Positions 27,653-36,594 of a DNA stretch of 64,000 nucleotides are shown here, one piece after another (the first letter of the stretch is position 1; each line of letters starts with the position of its first letter). Both the position numbers and the translations under genes were made by a program. A model generated the notes under the pieces. It worked only from the letters and a program-made list of their open reading frames with translations, was not told the DNA's origin and ran no database searches. The stretch is from an uncultured candidatus Porisulfidus sp. (GTDB taxonomy: Bacteria > Pseudomonadota > Gammaproteobacteria > Poriferisulfidales > Oxydemutatoraceae): the NCBI GenBank assembly GCA_965215125.1, contig OZ244052.1, forward strand, positions 416,001-480,000, given 5' to 3'.

Positions 27653-28099
27653 CTACTGAACGGTGTACTCTACTTTCAGTACCTTACTCGTTATACCGGC
27701 GGTGACATTTTGCATCGCCGCTAAGGCGTTCATCAAGTCGGTGGCATCGAATGTAGTCTCCATCTCCAAAGTTAGTTTTTGTGCCGTAGGGGTAAACTTC
27801 AACTTATTACTCTTTTTGACACCCGGCCAATTCTCCATGAAAACAACGCTATTGGCGGATAGCTTAAAACCCGACACATCGCCGTTTTTCAAACGATGTT
27901 GGGTCAATTCGGTAGGCACTCTGGATATCAGTATCTGTTTTAATCCGGCCTCTTCCGCCGACGAAATTTTATCGCCCGGCGACAGTGCATAAATCGCACT
28001 GGCGGTTAATGCCGCCAAAACGGCAACGACGATAATGACTTCTATCAATGTAAAGCCGCTGTGCTTCGCTAAGCCTTGCAAACTAGACGTGTGTTTCAT
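27653..28099 (-). CDS. Major pilin / pseudopilin
   Basis: MKHTSSLQGLAKHSG|FTLIEVIIVVAVLAAL; AGGAGA RBS; 148 aa. Confidence 0.8.
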   Translation of the reverse strand: MKHTSSLQGLAKHSGFTLIEVIIVVAVLAALTASAIYALSPGDKISSAEEAGLKQILISRVPTELTQHRLKNGDVSGFKLSANSVVFMENWPGVKKSNKLKFTPTAQKLTLEMETTFDATDLMNALAAMQNVTAGITSKVLKVEYTVQ

Positions 28100-28111
28100 A
28101 ATAAATCTCCT

Positions 28112-29854
28112 TTAATGGTGGGTTGATTGTCCCGAGGAACTACACTCGGGCAGGCGTAAAAGGTTACTTTCATTCGGGTGCACCGAAGAATTCTTAGGCA
28201 CACCCCAAATATAACCAAAAATATCCGATAGGGCTTCCAGCGTAGTCATACCCCGAAACCATAACTGCAACGCATAATCTTCCAAGCACATATAATGCCT
28301 CTCTCTCTTGATATGCGCGCGCATCTCATAACCCGATGCCCCTTCGTTGAGTAATTTTTGTAACTCGGCATCGATCGGGATGACTTCCATAATCAAACAA
28401 CGGCCGCGATAACCGGCACGGCAATGCGAGCATCCCTCGGGATTTGCTACTCTGACTTTGTGCGCGGTATCCGAATGATGCGCTAGATGTTCGTAATAGT
28501 CCCGTGCCACAACCTCGGTCGAGCAATGCCGGCATACTTCGGCAACCAAACGCTGCGCCGAAACAAAACGCAACCACGATGCCAACTGAGTCTTTTCAAT
28601 ACCCAAATCGACCAAACGATCGATAACACCGAGCGCGTCTACGGTATGCAAAGTAGTCAATACACCGTGTCCGGTAAGCCCGGCACGCATCGCTTGGCGT
28701 GCGGTTCGGCTGTCTCTTATTTCTCCGACCAAAATCAAATCTACATCGGTGCGCATCATAGAGCGTATCCCCGATTCAAAATTCAAGCCATTGTTATATA
28801 CGCCGTCGTCGTTGCTAATCTGAGTTTGTTCTATGCCTTGTAAATTCTGCTCGACCGGGTCTTCCAAAGTTTGTATGGACTTATACGGATAGCGGCGATG
28901 GATCTCGTTCAATATGGTATAGATCGTCGTGGTTTTACCGGAGCCGGTAGGCCCGGTAAAAACACAAAGCCCGTCGGTCATCGCAGTAATTTTCTCCAGC
29001 AAACGAGCAACATGCTCAAACACTTTCAAGTCCGCTATCCTCGATGTATTAATGTGTCGGCTACCCAAAAACCGCAAAAAGAATGCCGGTCTATTCACAC
29101 CCCCCACAAAAATAGGACGCATCGAAACACGCACCTCGGTTACATGATGCGATACTTCCTGCATCTTAAAACAGCTGTCCAACAAACGATTGAAGGTTCC
29201 CGTCACTTGTTTACATTCGTTCAGGATGACATTGCACAAATGCTTATAAGAAACACCCTCGTCGTCTTTGTAGGTCCATTCGTGTAGCGGATGGAGCTTA
29301 CCGTCTATGCGTTGTTTGATTAACACACTGTTGCCGTCTATGGGTACGATTTGCAAATCACTCGCACCCGCTTGCACCGCATCTTCGAGCCACTTCATAA
29401 CAATCTTCTTGGCGGCAACACCGCGGGCACTTTCTTTATATTGTTCGGCGTTGCGTACACCGCTGCGTTCCGCGACCTGCAATACGCCGTAACCCTTCAA
29501 GGGCGTGTTCGCCAATACTTCGGAATTCAATAGCCCTCGGATTGCCGGAGAAATAAACGGGTTAGTCAAAAATAGCTTATGCTTCGCATACACCCAATCT
29601 CTTTGATCCTCGTCCTTACAGATAGGCACACCGTGATGTTCGGGTGAATAGACTTCTAAATCAAACACTGCGCCGAGTGCCTCGGCGAGCAAATCGGGAG
29701 ATAATTTTTCGCCGCCTAACTGCAATAGTCTTTCAATAATGTTATCGGGTTCCGGGCACCCGATATGATTAACCGTTGTCTGCTCCAACACACCGCTGCG
29801 ATTCAGATACTCGAGTACTTGTCTAAATTTGTACATCCTTTGTTGCTGCTTCAT
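28112..29854 (-). CDS. Pilus assembly ATPase (GspE/PilB/PilQ family)
   Basis: Walker A GPTGSGKTT, TLEDPVE Asp box, ILVGEIRD Walker B, TGHGVLTTLH His box, CxxC...CxxC zinc motif. Confidence 0.95.
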   Translation of the reverse strand: MKQQQRMYKFRQVLEYLNRSGVLEQTTVNHIGCPEPDNIIERLLQLGGEKLSPDLLAEALGAVFDLEVYSPEHHGVPICKDEDQRDWVYAKHKLFLTNPFISPAIRGLLNSEVLANTPLKGYGVLQVAERSGVRNAEQYKESARGVAAKKIVMKWLEDAVQAGASDLQIVPIDGNSVLIKQRIDGKLHPLHEWTYKDDEGVSYKHLCNVILNECKQVTGTFNRLLDSCFKMQEVSHHVTEVRVSMRPIFVGGVNRPAFFLRFLGSRHINTSRIADLKVFEHVARLLEKITAMTDGLCVFTGPTGSGKTTTIYTILNEIHRRYPYKSIQTLEDPVEQNLQGIEQTQISNDDGVYNNGLNFESGIRSMMRTDVDLILVGEIRDSRTARQAMRAGLTGHGVLTTLHTVDALGVIDRLVDLGIEKTQLASWLRFVSAQRLVAEVCRHCSTEVVARDYYEHLAHHSDTAHKVRVANPEGCSHCRAGYRGRCLIMEVIPIDAELQKLLNEGASGYEMRAHIKRERHYMCLEDYALQLWFRGMTTLEALSDIFGYIWGVPKNSSVHPNESNLLRLPECSSSGQSTHH

Positions 29855-30456
29855 CGCTCGGCTCCGGCAGTATTTTCTTTATGTGCATCGTCGGGGAGTA
29901 TCTCTCTGTGTATCTGATAACGCACTTCTATATCGGGCTGTTCCTTAGATCCGAGCAAAGCACTCTCGGCATCGATCTCCGTGACTTTCCAAAAATCCGT
30001 AACCGACTCTCCCGGAGCAAAATCTCCGATGCGGCCGTCTTCCAAACCGAATCGCGCCCGCCCGCCGACAATTCCGAGCAACCTCAAATCAGGCATAGCC
30101 ACACGGGCTGCACGCGTGGACGGCACCGTGTCATCGGAATGTCGCGCAGCGGGTGCTTGATTCAAATCTATCAAAAGCGATTCATAGGTGTCGCTGCCTT
30201 CCACATTGCATAAATAACCCTTGTCTCTACATTGCTTTTGTATATCGGCAATGTCGTGTAGCAACTGCATCAGTGCTTTTTTATTCTGTTCGGACTTGAT
30301 ACGCTTGTATAAAGTCATACGCTCGTTTATCTCTTCGGCTTGTGAAATCTGCTGCGTCAATTGCACCGACTCCGATGCGGCGATGCCGTCGTATACAATC
30401 ACACAAACCGCCAAAATTAGGTACTTTACCGAACCGTTCATTTTCATCAATTTCAT
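29851..30456 (-). CDS. Pilus accessory periplasmic protein (PilP-like)
   Basis: N-terminal signal/TM segment, coiled coil, C-terminal LLGIVGGRARF..PGE..WKVTEI beta domain; ATGA-coupled within the operon. Confidence 0.55.
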   Translation of the reverse strand: MKLMKMNGSVKYLILAVCVIVYDGIAASESVQLTQQISQAEEINERMTLYKRIKSEQNKKALMQLLHDIADIQKQCRDKGYLCNVEGSDTYESLLIDLNQAPAARHSDDTVPSTRAARVAMPDLRLLGIVGGRARFGLEDGRIGDFAPGESVTDFWKVTEIDAESALLGSKEQPDIEVRYQIHREILPDDAHKENTAGAER

Positions 30457-30896
30457 TTAATCGTTCCCAAGATATTTATCAATAAAACACCCTGCCGTCG
30501 GTCCAGCTGTATCTCCGAGACCTCGGCAGGCACCGTGCTTTGGATCAAACGCATCACCGGCAAAAGCAAATCGGGTGATGCAATCATAACCGCCCGCCAA
30601 GCATTTTCGGTTTCGTTTGCGATCTCTAAATCTTCGCTTGCGCGCCAGATTAACTCGGGGTAGCGAGCAATAATTTTCTGCACCGTCAGCCAATTCTCTT
30701 CTACGGGCATCAACATCCGTGCGCCTTTAAGCACTTGTATTTGATCCTCCAGTGTGCGCAGTTCATCTTCTAACGCACCGATACCGATATCGGAATCGCC
30801 ATCGTGAATCTGCTCGTGGTTAAGCATATAAGACGACACCGCCGCACATACATAAATGCACCCCGAAGCAACGACTATAATCGGGAGCTTGTTCAT
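30453..30896 (-). CDS. Pilus alignment-complex-like bitopic membrane protein (PilO/GspM-like)
   Basis: Probable start at 30896 (ATGA overlap), MNKLPIIVVASG; one TM segment plus coiled coil; assigned mainly from operon position. Confidence 0.5.
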   Translation of the reverse strand: MNKLPIIVVASGCIYVCAAVSSYMLNHEQIHDGDSDIGIGALEDELRTLEDQIQVLKGARMLMPVEENWLTVQKIIARYPELIWRASEDLEIANETENAWRAVMIASPDLLLPVMRLIQSTVPAEVSEIQLDRRQGVLLINILGTIK

Positions 30897-31750
30897 CGTT
30901 GCAAACCTAGTCGTACGCGTCCGGTCGGCAACCAACGTTCGGCGTAGCGAATGTTGTATCGTGTCAATATATGAATTGCGTCGTTATACGACCGGTAAGG
31001 TACCGATAATTGAATTGCATTAATTTCGGAGTTCGGTACTTCAATTCCTTCTACCCAACTCAAGTCTTCCAACAAAGTCAATAGCTCGTGTTGATCGGGT
31101 GCGGTAGCCAGCCTAGTCTTTTTTAGTTCGGACACCATTGCGCGTGCCTCTTCTATCTGCACCGTCAAAGCCTCGTGATGTGCCTCAAAGTGCCTTGCTT
31201 CTTTATTTATATACCACGAACCCGATACCGATCCGAGTATCAATGCCAGTATCGCAAGCGACACCGCCGCCAACACCGTCCGATTGTTTTTTTCTTGCGC
31301 TGCAATTTGCTCCGCCATCGTCATCGCCGGACGACTCGGCAAAGTAATCTCCTCGATTGTTATCTCGAGCCATCGTATCTGTGTCTGCTGTAGCTGCTCA
31401 CCCGCCGTAGCAACGGCACAACCGTCTACGACCTCGCCGGTCGTCGCAATTTTTTCATCCAAATCAATCGCAACATATTGTCCGATAGTGCCGTGCTTGT
31501 ATGCAGTGATGCCGGTTTCCGGTTGCCAATGATTAGACGCATATAGAGTTTGCCAATAACCGTAAACCGGCACACCGCGATACATAGCTTTCTTCGCCAC
31601 GAGCTCCTCTGCCAAGCAAAAGATATTAAAACCTTCCACCCGCTCCAACAACACCGTGCCGGAAACGGGCAACTCATGGCTCAACGAATCGGCAATGATC
31701 AAACACTTCTTGCCGTTTATTTCCAATAGACCGGGGGCGAATGTCGTCAT
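30893..31750 (-). CDS. Pilus accessory membrane protein (type IVb PilO / GspL-like)
   Basis: Cytoplasmic N-domain, single TM (TVLAAVSLAILALILG), periplasmic coiled coil; ATGA-coupled to the secretin gene. Confidence 0.5.
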   Translation of the reverse strand: MTTFAPGLLEINGKKCLIIADSLSHELPVSGTVLLERVEGFNIFCLAEELVAKKAMYRGVPVYGYWQTLYASNHWQPETGITAYKHGTIGQYVAIDLDEKIATTGEVVDGCAVATAGEQLQQTQIRWLEITIEEITLPSRPAMTMAEQIAAQEKNNRTVLAAVSLAILALILGSVSGSWYINKEARHFEAHHEALTVQIEEARAMVSELKKTRLATAPDQHELLTLLEDLSWVEGIEVPNSEINAIQLSVPYRSYNDAIHILTRYNIRYAERWLPTGRVRLGLQR

Positions 31751-33366
31751 ACCGATACCTCCCTGGGCAGTACCACGACAACCAACTCGCGCAACTGCCC
31801 ACTGTTATCTTTAGATGTAAATAATTCACCCAGCACTGTCTTGCCCAATCCCAAAGAGGCACTGACCCGGTCGCTGATTTGTTCGGTCGTCAGGCCGCCT
31901 ACCGGAACCGCACGCCCCGAACGGGTGATGGCTTTAGAACTCAAATTAGTCAACGATATACGCGGTGCTCTGGATATCGTGACACCGCCGGATACAATGT
32001 CCTCAAATCTTATCAACGACGACAACGCCGGGATAACCGTCAGTAAAATTTTATCGTCCGCCAACAGCTGCGGCATAACCGTCAATTCCAAACCGATCTG
32101 CGCTTGCTCCAAACTCGCCGATACGCGCTGCTGATTATTTGCATCACCCGGTATAATCTCTTGACCACCGGCGTACGAAAAAGTCTCAACCGAATTGATA
32201 CGCGCAACACCGCCGTTTGCGGCAATTAGATTGGTGCGATGCAATACTTGTATGTCTTGCTCTCTATCAAAATTATTAAGCAACACGTTAAAGTCGGTTC
32301 CGTTGACCGAGAAATCGGAATCGATAACCCAACCCCCGGCGGTTAAACCGATGCCCGCTTCGCTACCACCCGATAAACCTACGCGTTCCGAACCGTCGAG
32401 TGCCAAGAGATTAAACAATTTGACTTTGGCATCGTTATTCGCAACATCCAATATCAATACTTCCATCTGTACCAAGCGAGTAGACTTGTGTACCAACGGT
32501 GTCAACCATTCGCTCAAGCGATTGATCTCTTGCAACGGACCCGAAGCAATCAATAAGCCGGTTCTTTGATCGGCTTGCACCCACGACAACTCATCGATAA
32601 AATTGCTCCGGTCTTCCGCCTCAAAACCGTCGCTCGATGACTCAAAAACATCCTGCTCGCACAGACGTGTTTTCATGATGCAATTCGCTTGCTCTACCAA
32701 CACCTGCCACGGTGTTTTATCGCCGTACTCCATGCGACTGGAAATAGAAAGTTCGCTGTCAACCGAGTGTCCGATATCACCACCGTTGCCGTCGTTGTCG
32801 GTATTCGTCGCCGAGCCGAAATGAATTTGGTTGAGACCGGCGGAAGCAATCACCGCCAGATTCCAACGGCGGCTAACATACGCAGCGACTTCAACGATAT
32901 TATTCGCCGGGTTTAAGCTAATCTCATAATTACTCAGACCTTCCAAATAAGCAAGAAAATCGGCAACCCGCATCTCATTACCGGTCCTTATGCGGATTAT
33001 TCGATCTAGATCCACCGAGACATCCTTCGCTCGCACAACGACGGCAAACGGTAAAGTTGCATGAATCGCCTCGCGTAAACTCAGCCGTGCATTCGTAATA
33101 TTTACCGAACGCAGTAGTTGTGACGGAACCGCCGCTTCGTTAATTTTGAAGTACGCCTCGGGCGGCGGACTTTGATAATGCGTCGCTTCTAGGTTCTCTT
33201 TGCCGATACGACGCTCACCCGTATCTACGGACACACACCCGGCTAAAACCGACACGGCTATCAAATAAAACAAAAATCTCGGATATCGAGTTTCTGCATT
33301 GCAGTGTCGTTGTTCGGAAACGACGTCAATCGCTATTGATAAATTAGTTTGCACCTGCATATTCAT
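31747..33366 (-). CDS. Outer-membrane secretin, lipoprotein type (PilN/BfpB/MshL-like)
   Basis: Lipobox LAG|C; C-terminal secretin motifs (GLELTVMPQ, SGRAVPVGGL, LGELF, RELVVVVLPR). Confidence 0.88.
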   Translation of the reverse strand: MNMQVQTNLSIAIDVVSEQRHCNAETRYPRFLFYLIAVSVLAGCVSVDTGERRIGKENLEATHYQSPPPEAYFKINEAAVPSQLLRSVNITNARLSLREAIHATLPFAVVVRAKDVSVDLDRIIRIRTGNEMRVADFLAYLEGLSNYEISLNPANNIVEVAAYVSRRWNLAVIASAGLNQIHFGSATNTDNDGNGGDIGHSVDSELSISSRMEYGDKTPWQVLVEQANCIMKTRLCEQDVFESSSDGFEAEDRSNFIDELSWVQADQRTGLLIASGPLQEINRLSEWLTPLVHKSTRLVQMEVLILDVANNDAKVKLFNLLALDGSERVGLSGGSEAGIGLTAGGWVIDSDFSVNGTDFNVLLNNFDREQDIQVLHRTNLIAANGGVARINSVETFSYAGGQEIIPGDANNQQRVSASLEQAQIGLELTVMPQLLADDKILLTVIPALSSLIRFEDIVSGGVTISRAPRISLTNLSSKAITRSGRAVPVGGLTTEQISDRVSASLGLGKTVLGELFTSKDNSGQLRELVVVVLPREVSV

Positions 33367-33607
33367 TCCTCGTTAAGTCAATATGCCGATTTTGCCCGTA
33401 AATAAAGGTGATGAATCCGCTTTTGGATAAACGGTATTAAATATACGACGAATGACCATCTGACAGGGTGGTCGTGGCATGTCTGCTGTGCGGTGACAGA
33501 GAATTTGACAGAAGCGGTTTTTAACGGGATTTGACGGAATTTGGCGGTATTGCTTGCTTTCCGAGCGCGAAAGAAGTCGCGCGTGCTGTCACTGGCTCGC
33601 AACGGAG

Positions 33608-33620
33608 AATCAATGACTTA
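33608..33620 (+). promoter_or_regulatory. IHF-binding consensus in the prophage end
   Basis: AATCAATGACTTA is a perfect match to WATCAANNNNTTR. Confidence 0.55.
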
Positions 33621-33814
33621 CGAGCCGAACTCGCGCGCAATAAATCGGCGAATTTTGGGGTATTAAACCTGTTTTAACCTTTGTTTAATTAGCTTTCAAA
33701 GGATTATTGAATGTGTATTTAACATAACGTAACTCGCGCGCTAACTCGCGCGAACTCGCGCGTACGAAACTTTGTACAAAAACGGCACTTTTGTACAAGT
33801 AATGTCCTGCTATT

Positions 33815-34300
33815 TTAGGCTAACGGCAGGCTGATAAATCGGGCAATAATCTCCTCAATTTCACGGCGACCTTCGTTTGATAATCCGAGAAACGGACGCG
33901 GCGGAATATCTCCCCAAGGAATAGGACGACCGTGCTTATCACTACCAAAGCTACCTCTCCCTGCACCAAACTGCTGCGTGGCTGCGTAGATAGCATTAGT
34001 GCCTGCGATGGCATAATCTTTACCGAAGGCTGATGTGATACTGTTTGCGAGCCGACCTGTTTGTTGTAGCTTTTGCCCCGGCCAATAGCCGGATTTCTCG
34101 CGCTGTTTGATTGTTGTGTCCGACAACGGCACCCATGTCTCACCATCCGGTGCTTGTTCAGATTGAAAGGCTTCCTCAATATTATCTACTAACACGCCGG
34201 CGATCGCTTGCATTGCAGGTGATAGGTCGTCACCGCGACGCGCCAAAAAGTTTAATGATTGCAGTGCCTTCTTGTCTTTGATTTTGATGTCTATTTTCAT
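33815..34300 (-). CDS. Phage virion morphogenesis protein (Mu gpG/gp31-like)
   Basis: Likely start at 34300 (MKIDIKI, GGGAG RBS); PDGETWVPLS, LQQTGRLANSI, GTNAIYAATQQFG, IPPRPFLGLS motifs. Confidence 0.88.
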   Translation of the reverse strand: MKIDIKIKDKKALQSLNFLARRGDDLSPAMQAIAGVLVDNIEEAFQSEQAPDGETWVPLSDTTIKQREKSGYWPGQKLQQTGRLANSITSAFGKDYAIAGTNAIYAATQQFGAGRGSFGSDKHGRPIPWGDIPPRPFLGLSNEGRREIEEIIARFISLPLA

Positions 34301-34311
34301 TGTGGTATACT
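34284..34311 (+). promoter_or_regulatory. Predicted sigma70 promoter for the convergent small RNA
   Basis: TTGATG (34284-34289), 16-nt spacer, TATACT (34306-34311) with an extended TG; lies 4 nt before the start of the RNA stem. Confidence 0.55.
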
Positions 34312-34315
34312 CCCA

Positions 34316-34417
34316 GTGTGTGGCAAGCAAATGGCCGGATGAAATTAGGTTAGGCTTTAAGTTCATTCGGCTACGGCAAGCACCTAGCTGTTATGTGAGA
34401 TCCCGCTTGCCACGCAC
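34316..34417 (+). ncRNA. Predicted structured small RNA (~102 nt) convergent with the MuF nuclease gene
   Basis: 13-bp closing stem 34316-34328/34405-34417; 11-bp stem 34333-34343/34362-34372; 5-bp stem 34373-34377/34387-34391. All four imperfect pairs are G-U on the + strand. Confidence 0.6.
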
Positions 34418-34418
34418 C

Positions 34419-35759
34419 TTAATCATTTTTATAAAGTAAAGTTCCCTCTCGCTGATTGTCTGCATAGTTAGCATCTGCTGGTATAGCGTTCCAAAAAACA
34501 CTTGCATCTGTATTCTCTCGGGCAATTACTAGCATATTTTTTTCACCTCTAAATAATTTAATAAACCGGCGGCGAAAACTGCCATCAGTATATTCAGTCA
34601 ACCAAATTTCACTTGGGTTAGCCAATGTAGGGAGAATGAAGTTAGCATACCTTTCTCGGGCATCCGATCGTTTTCCAGATATATATTCTAATCCTTCCTC
34701 GCTGATAATAACTGGTTCTAGCGGTGTTTGAATGTTGCGAAAGTCGTTTTTTTTACCAAGCACAACCTCTGCAATTTGAGCATGAGCTAGAGTGGCTGAC
34801 TCTGCTCTAGGCAATAGCTTAGGAGCCTCTGCAAAAGCGAAGTCTGGAAGCTTTTTCACACTAGGTAATCCGTAGCTTGAATACTTTTTTTGACCGGGCT
34901 GTATTCTGGCGATACCTTTACCTCGACTACTAACCTGATCGGGTAATGCGCCGAGCTTATCCCACAAAGCCCACCTAGCACCGGGGTTATAATCAAAGCT
35001 CACATCAGGTGCCTCTATGAAGGTTTTGCCTAGCGCATCTCTACCTCGATACCTAACAGATAGTTGGGTTAGTGCTTCGCCTGTATATTTATCAACGCCG
35101 ACTTCTTGAGTGAAGGTCTCCAGATGTCCTTCACTCGTACCAACTTTCAATCCACGAGATTTAAGTTGTCGCTCGGTTAATGTCCGCACACGACACCTGC
35201 AATTCCAGCCGTTAGGTGGGTAGAAGGTATCCCAGAACGGATCGTCAAAACGGAAGACCTTACCGTGTAGCTTGCGGTGCGCCGGGCGAGTGCGAGAGTC
35301 CATCACGGCGAGGTATTGCCAGTATTGTCCTGCACCGATGCGCTGTGTTGCCAGTTCCACTTGTTGTTTGTATCTACCCGCACTATAAGCGGTGTTTAAG
35401 TTGGTTCTAAAGATGGTTTTGAGCCTATTCACGGAACCCAGTTGCACTAGTTCAGCGGTGCCGTCGGGAGCCTCTTTTACACGCTTGCCCCACCAACCGA
35501 GCTTCTGCAGTTTCGGCTGTAGTTCTTTCTTATAAGTATGGAAAGCGATACCTTCGGAGATTGCTTTATCGGTCTCATTACGGATAGCCCGCAATACTTC
35601 CATTTTGGTAGCTTTAGCAACCGTGAATGCTTTCGCATTAGCTTCGGCTAGCGACTCGTGCCAGTCCCATGTGATGCGATAGCCTTTGCTTCTAAAGTAT
35701 TCAATAGCATCACTCGGTTGGAGCTTAACCGCAAATCCGAGATCAACTGCTTCAGGCAT
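34419..35759 (-). CDS. MuF (Mu gp30/gpF) head morphogenesis protein with C-terminal PBECR2-like (BECR-fold) nuclease domain
   Basis: AFTVAK, RLKTIFRTN, DSRTRPAH, PPNGWNCRCRV MuF motifs; C-terminal RERYANFILPTLANPSEIW...RRRFIKLF...WNA...REGTLLY. Confidence 0.85.
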   Translation of the reverse strand: MPEAVDLGFAVKLQPSDAIEYFRSKGYRITWDWHESLAEANAKAFTVAKATKMEVLRAIRNETDKAISEGIAFHTYKKELQPKLQKLGWWGKRVKEAPDGTAELVQLGSVNRLKTIFRTNLNTAYSAGRYKQQVELATQRIGAGQYWQYLAVMDSRTRPAHRKLHGKVFRFDDPFWDTFYPPNGWNCRCRVRTLTERQLKSRGLKVGTSEGHLETFTQEVGVDKYTGEALTQLSVRYRGRDALGKTFIEAPDVSFDYNPGARWALWDKLGALPDQVSSRGKGIARIQPGQKKYSSYGLPSVKKLPDFAFAEAPKLLPRAESATLAHAQIAEVVLGKKNDFRNIQTPLEPVIISEEGLEYISGKRSDARERYANFILPTLANPSEIWLTEYTDGSFRRRFIKLFRGEKNMLVIARENTDASVFWNAIPADANYADNQREGTLLYKND

Positions 35760-36254
35760 TGAGCTGCCCCCAAGTATCTGCGGCGAATATGATTCTTGTC
35801 AATAAATCATGCAAACCCTCGCCATCCATGTCTTGATACCGCTCAGCGAGCAGACCTAAAATGTAATCGGGATTCTCGTCTATGGCATCAAGCAGAGGTT
35901 GCGCTAAAGATTCAGCTATCTGTTGCTGTGTATCATTATCTATGGATGATAGTACCGCCTCCAATGCTTCTTCCACATCGGCGGTCTCGGCAAAGTCCGA
36001 TGTTTGATTACCCGTCGGCGGCGCGAACGGTATTCCAACATCGTCTACTTCAATCTTATAAGTCTCTTCGACATGCTCTTTTGTCGGACGATAACCCATC
36101 TCAAATAGCACTTTATCTCGCTCCGCCTGTTCTTTGCCTGAGCTACGCTCAAATTGGCGACGCACCTTCGGCAAGGCAGCACCGGGATAATTCCATTCAA
36201 TCAGCCAACGCACGACCGAGCGCGTAAATGAGTCGTCCAACATCTGCTCTAGTA
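35752..36254 (-). pseudogene. Phage portal protein (Mu gp29/DUF935), C-terminal fragment
   Basis: SFTRSVVRWLIEWNYPGAALPKV..AERDKVLFEMG..LTRIIFAADTWG resembles the gp29 C-terminus. The 5' end is replaced by a repeat, and the track's start codon at 36267 lies inside that repeat. Confidence 0.75.
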
Positions 36255-36310
36255 CATTCCCCTCCACAGGAGGGGAATAACCACCCCGTCAGGCACAGCC
36301 TGCCACCCTA
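36255..36310 (+). repeat. Palindromic extragenic repeat family A (interrupted; continues at 37671-37683)
   Basis: cattcccctccacaggaggggaataaccaccccgtcaggcacagcctgccaccc matches 52709-52760. Confidence 0.85.
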
Positions 36311-36334
36311 AGGGCGGACAGATATATTAAACCG

Positions 36335-36555
36335 CAGCTTATTTGATATAAGATAAACGCTTAGGTAGATGCAGTGCCTAGGAAGTCGGAGGAGACACGC
36401 TGCAGGACGGACAAGGCATTAAAGCCTGGTTGCATGAAAAGCACTCCTCCGGCGTTATGACTATAGAGCTCGAAAGGCATCTTGGGACTTTAGATCTCGT
36501 ATTTATCTGTTTGAGCGGCGTAGTCATACTTTCCTAGACTTTGCTTGCTACCTAT
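36335..36555 (+). ncRNA. IS110 bridge RNA (target-binding and donor-binding loops)
   Basis: Target guides GGACGGACA (36405-13) and TTGCATG (36430-36) match the target GGGCGGA-CA-TGCAA. Donor guides AAGGCATC (36474-81) and TATCTG (36504-09) match the circle junction AAGGCAT-CA-GATA. Each loop is closed by stems. The RNA ends are approximate. Confidence 0.85.
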
Positions 36556-36594
36556 TATTTCATTAACTCAACAACCCATATGGAGAACATTATT

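Larger units (their letters stand above)
33487..36254 (-). mobile_element. Mu-like (transposable) prophage remnant with putative terminus at 33487
   Basis: Mu gp29/gp30/gp31-like gene trio. The noncoding end starts TG at 33487 and carries repeated (TT)TGACRGA, AACTCGCGCG and CTTTGTACAA motifs plus an IHF consensus. The other side is cut by a repeat at ~36255. Confidence 0.75.

Noticed and set aside
33378-33602. 74-aa ORF upstream of the secretin
   Set aside because: It spans the phage-end/repeat junction, has a non-ATG start and shows no recognisable motif.
36541-36594. ORF-track TTG start for the transposase
   Set aside because: It overlaps the bridge-RNA closing stems. ATG 36595 has a GGAG RBS and puts the first catalytic Asp near the N-terminus.
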